From: Felis catus
Taxonomy: Eukaryota
Length of the DNA stretch: 64,000 bases
Direction of reading: 5' to 3'
Assembly (NCBI RefSeq): GCF_018350175.1
Contig: NC_058368.1
Location: 166,410,001 to 166,474,000, forward strand
Shown in pieces: positions 23,334 to 36,739 of the stretch. The notes under the pieces were generated by a model, which ran no database searches, was not told the origin of the DNA, and saw only the letters and a program-made list of their open reading frames with translations. Position numbers and translations under genes: made by a program. Every line of letters begins with the position of its first letter. The stretch's first letter is position 1.

Positions 23334-26300
23334 GTTTTCTTTCACTAATCCCTTCTTCTTCTCAGGCAAATTTTGTGTCTTGTCACTTTTCTCATTTTAT
23401 AGGAAAGATCATAAAAATAATTTTGATTTTTTTCTCTACAAATTTGATTAGAGTTATTCCAACAGTAATCTTTGATCTCCAAGTATCTTCTTCTACTTTT
23501 CAATATTACAACCTAATTTAGCCTAAGTTGTCCTCTAACTCACTCAACATTTTTAAAAAAGGATTTCTGATCTACATTTATCTGACAAGGTGATGTATCT
23601 TTTTGAAGTTTTGTCTTCCATCACATCATGATGGCCTGTCACTCATGTGACAAGGAGTTTAAGATGAATGGAGTTAAGGAGAAAGGTCAAATAAAATGCA
23701 CTGCCAGGCTCTGGCATGACACAATCCATCAAATGAAAGAGCAAAACCTCTTTAGCCTGTAAGCATTCAATTACAAATTGTCAAATGTTCATGATAATCC
23801 TAACTTCTGAGATAAACTGAAAGTGAAGTTTCAAAAATGGAAAATGGCACTAATTTAGTGAAAATAAAATTGGACAACCTCCAAGCATTTTTCTGTTTTT
23901 AAATGAACATCATACTAAATTATATCTTCAGAATTTGTTTTATTTCAGTGTTTGATTTTATTTAGATTTAAAACTGAATGCTTCCATGTTAGAAAATTGC
24001 TTTAAGGTTGCCTGCAAAATAGCATCAAATCTCAAACTCAGTGATTTTAGCAAATATGAAATAAACTCACATGCCCAGATACTAACAGGTGCAGCATTAT
24101 ATTTCACTATCTTAGAGCTTACAAGTTAATAAAAAGATCAAGAAATATAAATTTGGGTATTTTCAGGGGAAAGCAGTTATATTCTAATGGGGGAAAATGG
24201 TATGGATGGCCAAAGGGACTAGTGATTTGACTACAATCACTAATCACTAGTTGGATTTATTACAAAAGTTGAGGTTGTAAAATACCATGTTAAAATTTTA
24301 CTTTTTCATACTCTAACTACAAATTTTGGAATTGATATTCATACCAACCTTGAAAGAAATAATTATCATCATCAGAACTCTAAGCAGTTAACAATCACAA
24401 CATAGTCATACCTTGTTAAAAAGGTCACATAATGAGTGAATTTTGGAATCCCAATAAAAACTAATGGAAAAAGATCAATTAGCAGAAACAGATAATCATT
24501 TGGGGGGGGGAGTCTATTTTGCATGGAAAGCTTTCTATTCTTTTTTACTTGGAGAGGGGCTATATTAATGACTCCAAAGCAATTCATTCAAATTTCCTAA
24601 TTAATTTGTTCTTCACAAGCTAAAAAAAACAATCACTTGAATTTTAACTTCTTACTTCACCAAGTAAAGTTTTCAGTATACTCAAGCTGATCTTACTAGC
24701 AGTACTTTCAGTAGAAATATCTTTAGATTTTAAATTTAAGTTAGTTTACTAATTCCATAAATAAGGCTGGTTTCTTAAGACTAATTATTCATATGTTAAA
24801 GTAATTCATTATAGGCATGATTTAGTACATATTTTAATCACTTCTCTTGTGCTATATAAAATTTATCACTTATGTCAGATATATCCATATATATGTAATG
24901 AAGAATATCTATGTATGAAAATTATTTGTATATTCTTTGCTGTGGCTTCTCAAGTATTGTGTGTTGCATATCATAGATATCCTTCTCTGTCAGGAATGCG
25001 TTTTAGTTTCATATAATGACTCTTACGTTTTCTTAGTTCAATTAAAATTTTATTTCCTATTCAACATCTCAGATGAAATGCAAACTCATTACTATAAATT
25101 TTGTTAAGAAATTAGATCATACCTGAGAACTGAGATATTTTGATAAATTTCTACCTCCCAAATTTTTATGACATGATCCTTTTTTGAAAGGAAATCAGCT
25201 ACTTAAGAAATGAGGTAGGAACCTGGAGTAGTGGGGCAGATAGACAATTATTTTCCAACTTAAAAATGCTAAAGAATATTCAGAACTTTTTCATGGTATG
25301 GTTTTATTTTCAAAGTTAATATAGTTCTCAGATGATATCTGTTCATTTCTTGAGTACACTTTAGAAAAGATAGTTCTAAGACACCAAATAACAATATCAC
25401 AAATAAAATTTTCAATAATATTACATTATTGATAATCTGATATCACAGCAAAAAAATTATAACAAAAAATTTGAAAAAGAAGTTTTACTCTTTGTCTTGC
25501 AACCACACTATCTTCATATATTGCTAAGAAGTCAATATATATATTTTTTTGTTTTTAGTGCAATCTAACCAGTACAGAAACATTTCAAATGTGTGAAATT
25601 AATAATGGACTGATCACAAAGCATTTAGCAAACATGGTATCTGAAAAGAACTACTAATTACCATGAAACCATTTCTGCAGGTGCTTGGAGTGGGTTAACA
25701 TTTTTGAGTGATAAAAATTAAGCTGTTCAAGTGTAAAGGGACAATGATAAGCTGCTTTAGTTGTGACTAAAATTGTAACTGCATTAGAGTCACTGGATCA
25801 GGTAGGTGATGTCTCTCTAAAGTGATTGTCATCTAAGAATCTTACATCTCAACCTGACAACCAAGATATATAGAAGTTGATGAGCCACCAAACACCTCAG
25901 TGCCCCTTGTTTCAAATCAGATGGAACGCAGGAAGGAGGGATAGCTACCTGTCACATCATAACATAGTTGAACATACTGGCTAGGGAAAAAGGTCACAGG
26001 CCCAAAGAATAGAAAAAGAAAAAGAAGAAGTACACATAATGATGAGTCACAGTATTTCATTCCAAGATATGGCCACTTGCTTTTTACCAAACACCTGCTA
26101 GAGTTGTATATATGATTTTTGTAAATGAAACTATAGCAGATTATATAAGATTAACTTTATAGAAATGACAGAGCTTTAAATTATTGCTAACCACTTTGTT
26201 CTAAGGCTAACCAGCTTGTTGTAGGATAATCAATGTTTCCAGTTCACAGTACAATATGAAAGTATATTCAGAAGTGTAAAAGTATTTTTAGGAATGAAAT

Positions 26301-26419
26301 TCTTAAAAATAATCCACTATTCAAGTTAAATAGTAGAATATTAATACAGTAATTAAAATTACACATTGTAAAATGTCTTCTATTTTAAAATACTCCTCAA
26401 GTGTTATAGGAATTTCCCA

Positions 26420-27505
26420 TTTTTCCAGTTTTATTGAGATATAATTGACATATAGCATTGAACTAGCTGAAGGTATGCAACATAATGGTTTGATATATGT
26501 ATATGTTGCAAAATTATTATTATGAGTCTAGTTAACATCTTCACTTTACACAGTTACATTTCTTTTATAATTAGAACTTTTAAGATTTACTGTCTAGAAA
26601 CTTTTAAATATGTAATACAGTATTAGCAATGATAGTCACATGTATACCCCAGGATTTATTTATCTTCTAGCTGAAAGCTTGTACTTTTTGACCACTTTTA
26701 CCCATTTATCCACCCTCTGACCCTCACCTCAGCAACCACTGAAATGTTCTCTGTTTCTTTAGGATTACTTTTTTTAGATTACACGTATATTTGAGATCAT
26801 AGAGTATTCATCTTTCTCTGTGTAAGTTATTTCATTTAGCATATTGCCCTCAAATCCATCCAGGCTGTTGACACAGTTTCCCTCTTTTTATTCCTAAAAT
26901 ATTCTATTCCTCTATATATACATATACATATACATATACATATGCACCACATTTTCATTATTCATTCATCCATGAACACTTAGTTTACTTCTATGTCTTG
27001 GATATTGCAAATAATGCAGTAATGAACGTGGAGATGGAAATGTCTCTTCAAGATAGTGATTTTGTTTCATTTGGCTATATGCCCAGAAGTGGGAATGTTG
27101 AATCATATGGTGGTTCAATTTTTAATATTTTTGTGTAAACCTCCGTATTTTTTCTATGGTGGCTGTACCAATTTGCATTCCCATCAACAGTACACAAGGA
27201 TGCCCTTGTCTTTCCTTCCCACCAACACTTGTTATCTCTCATCTTTATCAAGACAGTCATTCTAACAGCTATAAGGTGATATGTCACTTTGGTTTTCATT
27301 TTTATTTCCCTGATGATTATTGATGTTGAGCACCTTTTCATGTATCTGTTGGTCATCTCTAAGTCTTTTTGCAAAGATGTTTATTCAGTTTTTCTGCCCA
27401 TTTTTAAATCAGATTGTTTTTTGCTATTGAGTTGTATGAATTCTGTATATATTTTGGATATCAACTCCTTATCAGATGCGTGATTTGCAAATGTTTTCAC
27501 CCATG
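26420..27505 (-). mobile_element. Old L1 (L1MA/MB-like) 3' portion
   Basis: ORF 27075-27374 resembles the ORF2 C-terminus (MKRCSTSIIIREIKMKT...YHL; EPPYDSTFPLLGI), plus 3'UTR motifs. Confidence 0.88.
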
Positions 27506-27690
27506 AAATGTTTTGTAGATTTCATGAATACAGCAAAGGTCTTTTGCAGTACATAGTAAATGGGCTAGAGAATGCTTTTAAAAGAACAAGATACTTTGCC
27601 ATGTCTCCTGATTATATTGTGAAGTGTAGTGCTTTGGACAGAACATGAATAGAGACAACTTTACACATAGTGATGGTGATATGACAGGAA

Positions 27691-27741
27691 AAACACATTG
27701 AGGTACTATTGGAAAGAAACACATTGAGGTACTATGGAAAG
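27691..27741. repeat. Tandem duplication of a 25/26-bp unit
   Basis: aaacacattgaggtacta(t)tggaaag x2. Confidence 0.9.
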
Positions 27742-27868
27742 AAAAGGTGTAAGTTTTCATGTAGAATGCAATTAATATTTTAATTAAAAAACTATATTTA
27801 AACAATATGTTAGAAACTAAAAGTCATATATAAAAACAATCCCCTCACTTCAAAAAGTAGGTTATTTT

Positions 27869-28055
27869 GGGGGTGCCTGAAGGACTCAGTAGGTTGAGCA
27901 TCTGACTTTGGCTCAGGTCATGATCTCAAGGTTTGTGTGTTCGAGGCCCACATCAGGCTTTGTGCTGATAGCATGGAGCCTGCTTTAGATTTTCTGTCTC
28001 CCTCTGTCTCACTCATTCTCTCAAAAATAAATAAGCATTAAACATTTTTTTTAAA
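27869..28055 (+). mobile_element. CAN-SINE
   Basis: SINE body. Degenerate TSD tcaaaaagtaggttattt / tcaaaaactaagttattt. Confidence 0.9.
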
Positions 28056-28745
28056 TCAAAAACTAAGTTATTTGTAACCTTTGCTGATATTTATCCTGAA
28101 TTGTTATTTTATTCTTCAGGCCTCCAGCCATTCACTCTTCTACTAAGAATCAAAGATCTCTAGCCCTAGTTCAGAAAGTAGTGTAAAATGTGAATAAGAA
28201 GTTTGCCAGAATATTAGTCAAACTTAATACTGAGTTCGAGGCTTAAGATGGCTATGCAGATCCTCTTTATATAATATTGGGCATACTATATAATTAATCA
28301 TATCCTTGACTTATGAAAATATCTTTAAGTTCAGTAACAGTTGATGTTAAACCAGATGCACTAATCTTTACAAAGTCAGTGATCAATGACTATCAAAGAT
28401 CAGCAATTAATTGCATGAACATATTTATCAGTAGCCATTTTTCAAAAGTTATTTTTATACATGGGGAAAAAGCTAAACATTTTTACAATGTAGTATTTTT
28501 TAACCCTCTAACATTACATAGTTTGTGCAAATAGCTGCCTTTATTGATCCCTGGCCAGGCCTGGATCTCCCAGAAGTTAGCAAGAAAGATTTTGAGCTGA
28601 ATTTTCTTTCCACTGTGACATATCACCACAAATTGTTTCCAGCAAATTAAGTTATCTATCGTAAAATTAACTAAAGTACATGTCTTTGATCATTAAATCT
28701 AAGGGTAAAACATCTAAGCCTCGCCAAGTAGCTGTAAAGTGACCC

Positions 28746-29225
28746 TGTCTGAGGCTCTCCAGGCTACTATAACAAAATACCTTAGACTGGGTGGCTTAAA
28801 CAACAAATGTTTGTTCCCTATAGTTCTAAAGGCTATGGGGTCCAAGATCAAGGCACCTAAAGATTTAGGGTCTGGTGAGAGTCTGCTCCTGATTCATAGA
28901 TAGGCATTTTCTCACTGTGTCCTCATATGCCAGAAGAGGAAAAAGAGCTCTTGGAGGTCTCTTTTATAAGGGTAGTAATCTTTTTTCAGAGGGCTTCACT
29001 CATGCATTCCCGCCAACAGCGCACAAGAGTCCCCTTTTCTTCATTCCTCACCAGCACTTGTTCTTTCTCATCTTTTTGGTGGCAGTCAATACATGTGAGA
29101 TGTGAGGTTATATGTCACTGTGACATGTCATGACCTTTTAAAGACACACTTCCTAATACCATCAAATTTGGGTTTGGATTTCAACATAAGAATTTTGTGG
29201 AAACACCAACATTTAGTCAATAACA
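28746..29225 (-). mobile_element. MaLR LTR (MLT1A-like) carrying an internal ~123-bp L1 fragment
   Basis: 'ggctactataacaaaataccttagactgggtggcttaaacaaca...gtccaagatcaaggcacc...ggatttcaacataagaatttt...atttagtcaataaca'. Confidence 0.85.
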
Positions 29226-29509
29226 GAACTAGTGTTCAGAAAGGTTAGAACATTTCAGATAGACACAGAGTGTGGAGAAGATGACTTCCAAGTATCTAGA
29301 ATGAAATATGAGGCAAATAACATTCATTACTTGAGGTATGCAATAAAACATCATCCTTGCAAAGGAAACTGAAATGTCTTTCAAGTTTATGTGGAAGAGA
29401 AATCTTTACTGGAGGCAGCTTATTTAGGAACAATTCCCCACTACTATATTGACATTCCAGATACATATTCTAAGCATATGGAAGAAATTGACATTGTAAG
29501 CATTAAGTT

Positions 29510-31206
29510 AAACCAAAAAAGATGTTAAAACAGGTAATACAATGGCACTAAATTCATATCTATCAATAATCACTCTGAATGTAAGTGGACTAAATGCTCC
29601 AATCAAGACATAAGGTATCTAAATGGATAAAAAAATAAGGCCCATCTATACACTGGGGCCATTTAGACTCATTTAGACCCAGACACTTCCAGATTGAAAG
29701 TGAGGGAATTGAGAAACATCTATCATGCTAATGGATGTCAAAAGAAAGCCAGAGTAGACAAACTTCTGTCAGACAAACTAGATTTTAAATCAAAAACTGT
29801 AACAAGACAAGAATGGCACTATATCATAATAAAGTGGTCTATCCAACAAGATCTAACAATTATAAGTATATATGCCCCCAATTGAAAGAACCTAAATACA
29901 TAAATCAATTAATAACAAACATACAGAATTCATTGATAATAATACAATAATAGTAGGGGACTTTAACATCCCACTTACAACAATGGACAGATCATCTAAG
30001 CAGAAAATCAACAAGGAAACAATGGCTTTGAATGACACACTGGACCAGATGAACTTAACAGATACGTTAAGAACATTTCATCCTAAAGCAGTAGAAGACA
30101 CATTCTTTTTGAGTGCACATGGAACATTCTCCAGAATAGGTCACATCCTGGGTCACAAATCAGCCCTCAACAAATACAAAAAAAAATTGAAATTATACCA
30201 TGCACATTTTCAGACCAACATGCTATGGGATTTGAAGTCAACCACAAGAAAAAAATTACAAAGAACACAAATTATATGGAAATTAAAGAACATCCTACTA
30301 AAGAATGAATGGGTTAACAAGGAAACTAAAGAAGAAAATATTTAAAAAAAGTATATGGAAGCAAATGAAAATGAAAACACTAGAGTCCAGAATCTTTAGG
30401 ATGAAGCAAGGAAGTGATAAGAGGGAAGGAAGTATCTAGCAATACAATACTATTCAAGTAGCAAGATAAGTCTTAAATACACAACCTAAACTTACACCTA
30501 AAGGAGCTAGAAAAGGAACAGCAAATAAAGCCTAAGGCCAGCAGAAGAAGGGGAATAATAAAGATTAGAGCAGAAATAAATGATATAGAAACAAACAAAC
30601 CAACAAACAAAAAACCCAGTAGTACAGATCAATAAAATTAAGAACTTGTTCTTTGAAAGAATCATTAGAATTGATAAACTCCTAGCCAAACTTATCAAAA
30701 ATCAAAGAGAAATCATGAATGAAAGAGGGGAGATCACAACCAACAAAACAGAAGTACAAACAATCATAAGAGAATATTATGAGAAATTATATGCCAAAAA
30801 TTGGGCAATCTGAAAGAAATAGATAAATTCCTAGAAACATACAAACTACCCAAACAGAAACAGGAAGAAATAGAAAATTTGAACAGACCCATAAATAGCA
30901 AAGAAATTGAATCAGTAATCAAAATCTCCCAACAAACAAAAGTCCAGGGCCAGATGGCTTCCCAGGGGATTGCTACCAGATATTTAAAGAGGCTTTAATA
31001 CCTATTCTTCTCAAACTGTTCCAAAAAAATAGAAATGGAAGGAAAACTTCCAAACTCTTTCTCTGAGGACAGAATTACCTTGATTCCAAAACCAAAGATC
31101 TCACTAAAAAGGATAATTACAGGCCAATATCCATGATGAACATGGATGCAAAAATTCTCAACAAAAAGGTTAGCAAATCAAATCCAACAGTACATTAAAA
31201 GCATTA
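29510..31206 (+). mobile_element. Carnivore L1 fragment: ORF2 N-terminal part (endonuclease up to pre-RT)
   Basis: ORFs 29694-29885, 29983-30345 and 30801-30998 are ORF2 peptides (SAHGTFSRI; DKFLETYKLPK). No 3'UTR or tail. Confidence 0.92.
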
Positions 31207-31207
31207 T

Positions 31208-31400
31208 GGGGCACCTGGGTGGCTCACTCAGTTAAGCGTCTCACTCTTGATTTTGGCTCAGGTCATGATCTCATGGTTTGTGAGATGGAGCCGCATATCA
31301 GGCTCTGTGCTGTCAGCCTGGAGCCTGCTTGGGATTTCCTCTCTCACTCCCTCTCTGCACATCCCCTCCTCAAAATAAATTAATAAGCATTAAAAAAAAT
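31208..31400 (+). mobile_element. CAN-SINE
   Basis: Head ggggcacctgggtggctc and A-tail. Confidence 0.92.
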
Positions 31401-32225
31401 TCCTAGTGTGCTTTGGAAATTGAAAAACAAAAATAAATGCAATGTCAGATTAACACTTATTAGTTTATTAATGTAAATCAGTCTACTGGCAGAATAAAGG
31501 AAAAAGAAGCAATATGATAAATTCAATAGATGTATAAAAACCATTTTACCAAAATCAATACCCAGTCATGATTAAAATAATAAAACAAACTTCTACTAAA
31601 CATTGTATTAGTCCATTTAATAAATCTAGAAAAAGAAAATTTTAAAATATCAGAAAGGGCAAAACACAACTGTCATTACTTAAAGATAACATTATTATCT
31701 GCAAAATTCCATAAAATATACAAATTTTTAAAAAGTGAACTTACTAATGTCCAGGACATAAGATCAAAAAAACAAAAAGCAATTCAGTTCAGGTCATGAT
31801 ATCATGTTCGTGAGCTGGAGCCCTGCATCAGGCTCCGCCTGAAAGTACAGAGCCTGCTTGGGATTCTCTCTCTCCCTCTCTTCTCTACCCTTCCCCTGTT
31901 TGCACACACACATGTGCATGTGCTCTCTCTCTCTCTCAAAATGAATACATAAACTTAAAAAATATATACATACAATATGATTCCACTTGTAAGAACTTCA
32001 GAACCAGGGAAACTAATGTAGAGTGGGCAAAATCGGAACAGTGGTTGCCTGAAGGCATAACTGTTGACAGAAAATGGATATGGAGCAACTTTCTGTGATA
32101 ATGGTAATGTTTGATATTTTCACAGGAGTGCTGGTTACACAGGCATATTAATTTGTCTAAATTCATTATATGTGCATCAAGATGCATGCATTTACCATTA
32201 TATAATTTTAACCTCAATAAAACAA
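31401..32225 (+). mobile_element. Ancient L1M ORF2 remnant and L1MC/MD-like 3' end, with a 5'-truncated SINE at ~31783-31962
   Basis: 'aatatgataaattcaatagatgta...ccattttaccaaaatcaatacccagtcatgattaaaa' and 'tatgattccacttgt...gaacagtggttgcct...aacctcaataaaa'. Confidence 0.7.
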
Positions 32226-35200
32226 TAAAAGCCCTGTACTACAACCTTGAACTTTAAAGGAATAGAAAGGATGAACGTATATTGGTTAAATTTAAGATTC
32301 ACAAACTTTAAATACAGTAATACCTGACAGACTTTAAAATCATTATGTAGTTTATTTAGTTTTCTTGGGATGTTTCTACTTCTCAAAATTCAAACCTTAT
32401 AACTGAAGGAATAGAAAAAATGACGGAGAACAGCTTCAATCACCAGAAATAAAGAGAAGATCCATGGGTAATATTGTTCATTTTTGGATAGATTATAAGA
32501 AAGGTGACAAGAACCCCATGTTTCTCAAAAGATGTAGGAAAAATTTAAACTCTAGAGAGATTTACATGAGATAAGAAAAGAATATTCTGATATTATATTT
32601 GGTGTAACCTAAGAAAATTCCCCAATATACTTGATTATCTTTTTCTGGAGATCCTACAAAGAAAATAATTTTTTCATATAGTTGTCATTCTACATATAGA
32701 TTCTGCAATTTCTTGATATCCCTTTCAATTCTGTGGATGTGGCTACCTAGGGATAAATAAATGTAGAAACAGAAAGCATTAAAGCATTTGTGACTCCACT
32801 GCTTCTAAAGCATAATTCATACAGTAGAAATAAGACAACTGAATTTTATGCCTGAGAAAAGGTAGGTTATGTGTCCCTTAAGTCTAAAGTGACACAGTAT
32901 AAATGGATTGCTCCGTTTTTAGAAATATATCAACTAAAACACTGTTAGGGGTTAGTATGGAAAGGCATATTCTTCCTAAATGTCAAAATATATAAATATT
33001 CATAGCACAGACATTGCAGCCCACATTTTAATGCACTGCCTACGTTATACCATTGGAGTGAGAGACTTGTAAGAACAGTTGCTCATGTAACCATGATACC
33101 ACATAGTAATGGGGGGATAAAGGTCCCTAAGACAAAAATGGGCACCAGCATAGATACTTCTAGAGAAGGTCTATTTTTTTCCTAAATGGTTTAAGTGCTT
33201 AACAATCATGAAACTTGTTTGTTTGATATCTAAAAAGATTACATTATTTTATGAAATGAAGAAATGGAAATCCACACAAGGCCCACAAAATTAGGCTTTA
33301 TCATTTACTAGAAAGGGAAAAATCCAAAACAAAAGCAAAAACAAAGAAACTGAAAGATTACAGAACAACTATTATACCTTGGAAAATAATATTATACTCA
33401 AAAGAGATTTTTTCTTGGAAAAAGGATGTTTTTTGGCTTAAATAAATTAATGAATATCCTATTACTAAAAGAATGAATAACCCTTGGTGAAAATAACTTT
33501 TCTGAAAACTGAAGAACGGGCAATGCTGGTACAGTACAACTGCTAGCATTAACTTAAATTATTTCTAGTACACCTGTGTGTTCACAACGCTGCCAAAAGT
33601 AATATGAAAAGGTGGTGGCTGCATGCATGTGTGCACATAGTGCACAAGTGCATAGTGCACTTCACAAGTGCTCTCGCTGAGCATGCAACCTTTAAGTCAT
33701 TACTAAAAAACGCACACGTTATTTGAAATAATAAAATAATCTATACATTAATTTAGTTATCAATACCATATCTGAGATGAACATAAATCAACCATTTGGA
33801 AGATGAGGGGTAAATGCAAAGCTGAGGGGAAATTTTGAGCAAGAACACCAAGAGATATTCTTCATGGAAATATTTGAGTCCGATGAAAAAAAGTCTCTGA
33901 GTTTCCTGTTAATTAACCTACTGAATTTCCAAAAATATTTAATAATCATTAGGATATTAAATATGCTTCCCCAATCATATACTATAAACTTATTATTTTC
34001 TTTAAACTTAATTTCTTAAAACTTAACTTTGAAAATATATCCCGCATATTATTGGAGTCACGTGTATTCTAGGTTAACAAGTATAAGGGGTAATTCTCAA
34101 AATTAGATACCACTGGATCTTTAGCTAGTACTCTACCAATAAAATAGATATTAAAGGTTTCTTCTAGAATCATAAAATCAAGAAAGAATTGGCTGTATGC
34201 ACAAATATATAGTAAGTGATCATTTATTCGTCTTTTCCTGATCTAAGCATTCCCTCTTAATATAAGTCTCAAATGTTCAAGAGTTTCTTCTTGCATACCT
34301 TTAGTAGGTAAACATTACTGCATTAACTACTGTTAATACCAGTAGTATTAACTAGATTTTCCTAGTTAATCTATTTTTATCGGGAAATTTGTTTTTAAAA
34401 AATATGGGTTGTAGTACCAAAATAAGTATATGCCAAAGAGATAGTGTTACGCTTGAGTTTCAGTTTCAATTTTATATATCTGTTGAGACTGAACATACCA
34501 TTAGTTGGGAAAGAGGAATTGAGTTTGTATTTAGTACTTTATAAAATATGTGTTTTTAGTTTTGCTTGGCTTTTCACTTTTATTGAACTTTTTTTTTCAT
34601 TTATAAGCTTTTAATTTGATGCAGCAAAATTCATAGCCACAATAAATTATAAAGCTACAGTATTTGTTTTAGTATTTTTATAGTATAACTCATAAACATT
34701 GTTTAATTAAAAAAATCAAGATTATTTTGTCCTGTGGATCAGTATCATGTGAGTGATCTTAATAAAGTCACTTTTTATCATTATTTTTTTACTCCGCAAA
34801 ATATAGTCATCTGTTATGGAACTATCACAATAGTTCAATGGCTTAGGCTAATATTGAATAGTTAATTTAGTTAAAAACATGTTTTATTTCAAGATATTTT
34901 ACAACAATAAAAATGACATTTCCACAATTTACACTGCATAAAAGGTGACCTTGAAGTCAGTGCACTAGATTTTGTTGAAAGGCAATTCTACATGGATCTC
35001 TCCTTCTTCCATATGTCTTGCAAACAGAGGCATGAACTGTCTCTTTTTATGAACTACCTTTTCAAGGATGCTTGTTCAGCAAACATTGTTGGAATATAGC
35101 GATAGTGTATCTCTTTGAAGCAAAGGGCAGATACGTTAAGTCCCCATTAAGAAAAGTTCAGGCTTCCCAAACTTGTGGTTTCTCCCTGTAATGCAAACCA

Positions 35201-36090
35201 GTACACATTCAGATATTACTCTGAGTACAACTACATCACCACATGGGAATCAGGGTCAAATAGAACCGACCCAAAATACACTAATGCTCATGATGTTTGC
35301 TGTGATGTGAGTAACAAAACCCTTTCTGCCTAGCAGTCTCAGTCAGCATCCATAAAACAATGGCAAGTTAACTTGTTAGCTTGCAAGTAGGATAACATCT
35401 CAGATCTTTCACAGTTCTTGACTGGTTGGCATTGAGAATATGATGTTGACAGAAATGGTTTTCTAGAAGAAGAAGGATGAGAGCTTCTTAGGCTAGGATA
35501 GGGAATACAAGATGACTCCCTGGGATCAGGATAGTGCATGTTCTTGCCCTAGTAGTGAGCAACGAGGAGAGGCTATATCCCAATGTCCTAGTGAATGGGA
35601 ATAGAAGAATCAGTTTTTAGAGGCTGAGCAGTGAAAGCATTAAGTCAAGCTGTTTACATGTTGTGTCGTTTGTTGTTCACACTCCTCTGAGGGGACAGTG
35701 AGTGTTGAGAAAAGGATATCATTATGTAATGGAGAGGCAAACTCTATGGTCCTAGCTAAAATCCATGGCTCCTTGGCAACTAAATGAAGATGCCCCAAAA
35801 GCTAAAACAAATACTGTCTGCAAAGAGGAACTTGCAATTCCATATGTAGCTTTGGGCAGACAGCAAACATTAGAAAAACATTTTAGTTAAGCCATGAACA
35901 ACGTGGCATAAAAATGAAAGCAAATGCAAAGACTTGCTTAAAAACACAGTCATTCTCTCCCTGTGTACTCTGTTTCCTTTCTCCCTAACATAACCCTAGC
36001 TGGAGACTAAACTGGCAGGTTAAAGCACATCTCTTTGGAGCCACAAACTGTGGAAACAAATCATGGCTTCTTGCTGAGCCTTCTGGTCAC

Positions 36091-36552
36091 TATAGTAGGT
36101 TGAATAGCAGTCCTTAAAAGGTGTGTCCGAGTACTAACCCCTGCTATCTATGAATGTTATTTTATTTGGAAATAGTTCATTTTCAGTTGTGATTAAGTTT
36201 AAGATTATGAGATCAAACTGGATTTAATTTGGGCTCTAAATCCAATAATTTGTGTCTTTATATGAGAAAGGAGAGGGAGATTTGAGACATACAAACACAG
36301 AAGACACCCAAAGAGAAAGACCACATGAAGACTCAGGAAGAGAAGTGATACATTTACAAGCCAAGGGACACCAAGGATGATCTGCAGCCACCAGAAGCTG
36401 GAATTGAGGCATGGAAAGGACTTTTTCCCCCCGAGCCTTCATAAGGAACCAATCTTGCTGACATCTTGGTTCTGGCCTCTAGATCTGTGGGAAAATAAAT
36501 TTCTGTTATTTTAAGCCATCAAGTTGTGGTAATTTGTTAGAGCAGTCCTAGA
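36091..36552 (+). mobile_element. MaLR LTR (MLT1B/C-like) inside the provirus
   Basis: 'ggttgaatagcagtcc...tatttggaaatag...ccaaggatgatctgcagccaccagaagctgg...aataaatttctgttattttaagcca'. gtcac on both flanks. Confidence 0.85.
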
Positions 36553-36739
36553 AAACTAGTCACTATTTGCTGCCCATAATAAGGGCCTGTTGTCTGATGA
36601 GAATGACTGAAACCAAGTTGCTGATTGAACCTGCACTAACCAGATTGCACTAATTACTGCCTGCTTAAATCTATCATCATTCCAGATGTTGCACTACATT
36701 CATCATCATAGACTGGAACTCTATGTGTACTCTATGTGT

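Noticed and set aside
25681..25801. Plus-strand exon-like segment (ttctgcag|...cag|gtaggt)
   Set aside because: Stop codons in all three frames and a short pyrimidine tract. At most a non-coding exon, with no supporting evidence.
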